From Eledone cirrhosa (taxonomy: Eukaryota), in NCBI GenBank assembly GCA_964016885.1, contig OZ024747.1, positions 4,960,001-5,024,000 of the forward strand: a stretch of DNA of 64,000 nt. The letters are read 5' to 3'. The position numbers and the translations under genes are program-made. Positions 60,428-64,000 of the stretch are shown piece after piece; the first letter of the stretch is position 1, and each line of letters starts with the position of its first letter. The notes beneath the pieces were generated by a model. That model was not told where the DNA came from and did no database searches. It saw only the letters and a program-made list of their open reading frames with translations.

Positions 60428-61460
60428 GGGTGGTGGATGATGGTGACGGTGGTGGTGGTGGTGGTGGTTGTGGATGGGTGGCATATTTAGAACGCAGAAC
60501 AAAAGCTTCACGTTATTTGTTGCAACTCTCTGGATTCTGAGTTATTAAATAAAAATTATTCCGAAGTCAGCTTTACCTTTTATCCTTCCAGTGTTGATAA
60601 AATAAAGTACCAGTCATATACAGGGTGGGGGATATAATCGACTTACCCCCTCCCACAAATTGCTGGCCTTGTGCATATATTAGAAACCTTTATTTTTATT
60701 ATTGTTGTTGCTTAAATGATAAAACTTCAAAGATTTATCTGATATTTTAATCCAGAACATAATACAAAGGTTAAAATGGGCGGTGTGGGTTAAAAATCCT
60801 GCGATTTACTGATATTTTTTTATCTTTTCACCTTTTAGGCTTGAATGTTTCTTGTGATTTATACAATAAATATATCGTGTGCTGTAAGCTTTAGTATTTA
60901 TCATTTGAGTTAAATCAGAGAGAGGTGAGTAATATGATCAGTGCAGGGGTAATCAAAAATGCCCCAGGGATAATATGAAATCAGGTTCAAGATGCTCCCG
61001 GGGGTAATAGGAAAGCAATTTCAGATTACTAGTCTTTACACCGTCTCCAATTAGTCAGTTTACAGCTGTGGATTCACTAGTAAAGTTTTATTTGAAATAG
61101 GGTTTCCACAAGAGTTCTTCACTCATGTTCAGCCTTGGCCCGAAAATAAATGCACACATCTATATGCAAATTGCGATAAAAAAAAGTGTAGATTATATCA
61201 ATGGAGAATTAACTTTTTCACAGACGCAGGCAAGGCTGTGTGGTTAAAGAGTTCACTTCTCAACCATGAGGTCTCAGACACAAAGCAGCGATTTTGTTGG
61301 AGGAGAAAGTCGATTAAATCGACTAGAGCGTTTGACTGGTATTTTATTTTATCGACTCCGAAAGGATTAAAAGCAACCTCAGCAGGATTTGAACCCAGAA
61401 TCTAGGAAGTCATAACTAAATGTTCTAAACTATTTTATCTGACGTTTTAACTAATCTGTC
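60250..61460. mobile_element. Further SINE family A copies (60250-60357 -, 60480-60700 +, 61283-61460 -); others at 28900-29030(-) and 39148-39269(+)
   Basis: All align to family A motifs. Confidence 0.7.
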
Positions 61461-61707
61461 AATAACACGAGAGGTGGAATAAAGATTATGAAGACAATAA
61501 TGATACGAGAGGGTGCTGTCGACCACTTAGCTTCAACGTCCGAATGAGCTATTTTCTTTCACGTAAACATCAAGTATTTATGATTTTGACCGAGCTTAGA
61601 AGCTTAGTGATGGGTAGGCTTTGCTACAAATAAATAAGTATTGATGTTCTCTCTCTTCCACTCACTGCCTCCGTATCTCACTCTCTCTATCTCTCACTAT
61701 TATAAAC

Positions 61708-61912
61708 AAACGGGGCCCACGCGGTGGCCGACTTGTGGCCCGGGTGGACAGAATAGAGCAGGCGTTTCCCGGAGAATGGTCAAGGAAACGCGTTGGAAGA
61801 GCTATTCCAGCTCACGGGGCTCACACCTGCGGGTAGCCAACTCCGTGCCAATAGCAGTGAGTAGGGAGGTAGTCCTAGGGCAAAGAACACCAGAAGTCTC
61901 CACTTTGGTAGA
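61708..61912 (-). mobile_element. Second CRE-type 3' fragment
   Basis: The reverse complement aligns to 27550-27735 (gagacttctggtgt...cgcaggtgtgagccccg...gggcccc). Confidence 0.8.
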
Positions 61913-62093
61913 CTGTCCTTGACTTTCAATTCAGTGACTTGACATAACAACAAAATCTTCAGTCGCGATCCAACAACATATTTAATCATAAATGGAATAT
62001 ATTTAGTAACATTATATATATTCATTAAAGCTCCATATCTCTACATCTCTACTTTACTCATTATATACATGCATTATACTTATACCTACGTAC

Positions 62094-62149
<56 letters not shown>

Positions 62150-62600
62150 CATATGTATATCGATATAAAATTGTATATATATAAATGTATATATATAAAT
62201 TTGAATATATATAATATATATAATATATATATATACATATATATAATACCGACTACCTACAATAAACAATACCTATTTCTCTTCCAGCTTCTACCAAATT
62301 GTCCCGCATCAAAACTGCTTCCGGCTTGAACATAGAGTTGACTCCATTATATCACCTGTTTGTTATTTATTACCAACTAACAACCAAATTCACAACCAAC
62401 ACTCAATTCACAACCAACTAACAACACCCAAAAATTATAAAATACACCAAGAATAAACACACAACAACAAAAATCTAAAGATGAGTGAAATAATAGCGGT
62501 AAGAAAGAAATGAAATACGAAAAAGTCAATACAAAAAAAAATTGAGACAGCGAGTAACAATGAGAAAGGAAAGTAAGAGACAGATGACAGAAAGAAAGGC

Positions 62601-62655
<55 letters not shown>

Positions 62656-63416
62656 AAGAAAAACAAACAAACAATTAAACAAACAAAAGAATGATGTAGG
62701 AGTCTAAAAAGAAAAAAAATTAAATTGATTGCAGCAAAAATATGAAGGAAGAATTATGGAATAATCTAAAAGGAAGCAGAGAGGAAATAAGGGACAGAAT
62801 GACAGAATATATTCTACAGAGAAAAAAAGAGTTATGCAATGATTTAAAAGAGAGGAAATAAGGGACAGGATGACAGAATGTATTCTGCAGAGAAAGGAAG
62901 AATTATGGAATAATTTAAAAGAGAGAAAATAAATGACAGGATGACAGATTGTATTCTACAGAGAAAAAAAAGAACAGGAACGAAAAACTTCCAAAAATGA
63001 AAAACAGAAAAAAAAAATTTAAAAAAAACTGCAAGGAAAGAAAGAATATTGACCCCTTTTTTTGATTTGTTAGAATATATTTCTGGAAACGATATTGAAA
63101 TTGTTTAAAGGCAACTAGTTGTCTTTATGTTAAGAATACAAAGACATCAAAGATTATAGAGAAGATAAAAAGGTGATGGCATATTGGACATTTTGGATGG
63201 CTACAATTCCGGTTATATAGCTTAATTCCGGTTATTTTAAACCCTATTTCCGGTAACTAAATATATAACTTCCGGGTCATTGAAATCTTATTTCCGATAA
63301 TAGCGAGATATAATTTCCGGCTTACTGAAATATTATTTCCGGTTTGTTTACAACTTCTCAAAATATAGACGTATAATAATAAATGAATTTCATTTTGAAC
63401 ATTTCAATGCCACCGG

Positions 63417-64000
<584 letters not shown>

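Overview
AT-rich, gene-free eukaryotic DNA saturated with microsatellites and retroelement debris. The SINE families and microsatellite density suggest an octopus or other coleoid cephalopod genome (inference, not searched). I found no host protein-coding exon; almost every ORF in the track is translated microsatellite. Real coding remnants are all retrotransposon: a Penelope-like element (PLE) RT+GIY-YIG (40950-41954), a second PLE endonuclease C-terminus (55661-56000), an R4/Dong-type RLE LINE, two CRE-type RLE fragments, Tx1/L1-like 3' ends and an RTE 3' end. There are many tRNA-derived SINEs and a tRNA-Lys(CTT) pseudogene. The main non-obvious signal is a dense population of short non-coding elements inserted in (AT)n tracts. 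These carry minimal type-I hammerhead ribozymes and are often 125-545 bp fold-back palindromes with one short arm and one arm plus tail. Across otherwise unrelated sequence families they share an ACTC-[hairpin]-TN-GAGT structure 4-6 nt beyond the point where the short arm joins the (AT)n target. I read this as a PLE-mobilised, microsatellite-targeted, ribozyme-bearing hairpin element system with a conserved cis-signal. All folds were done by eye.
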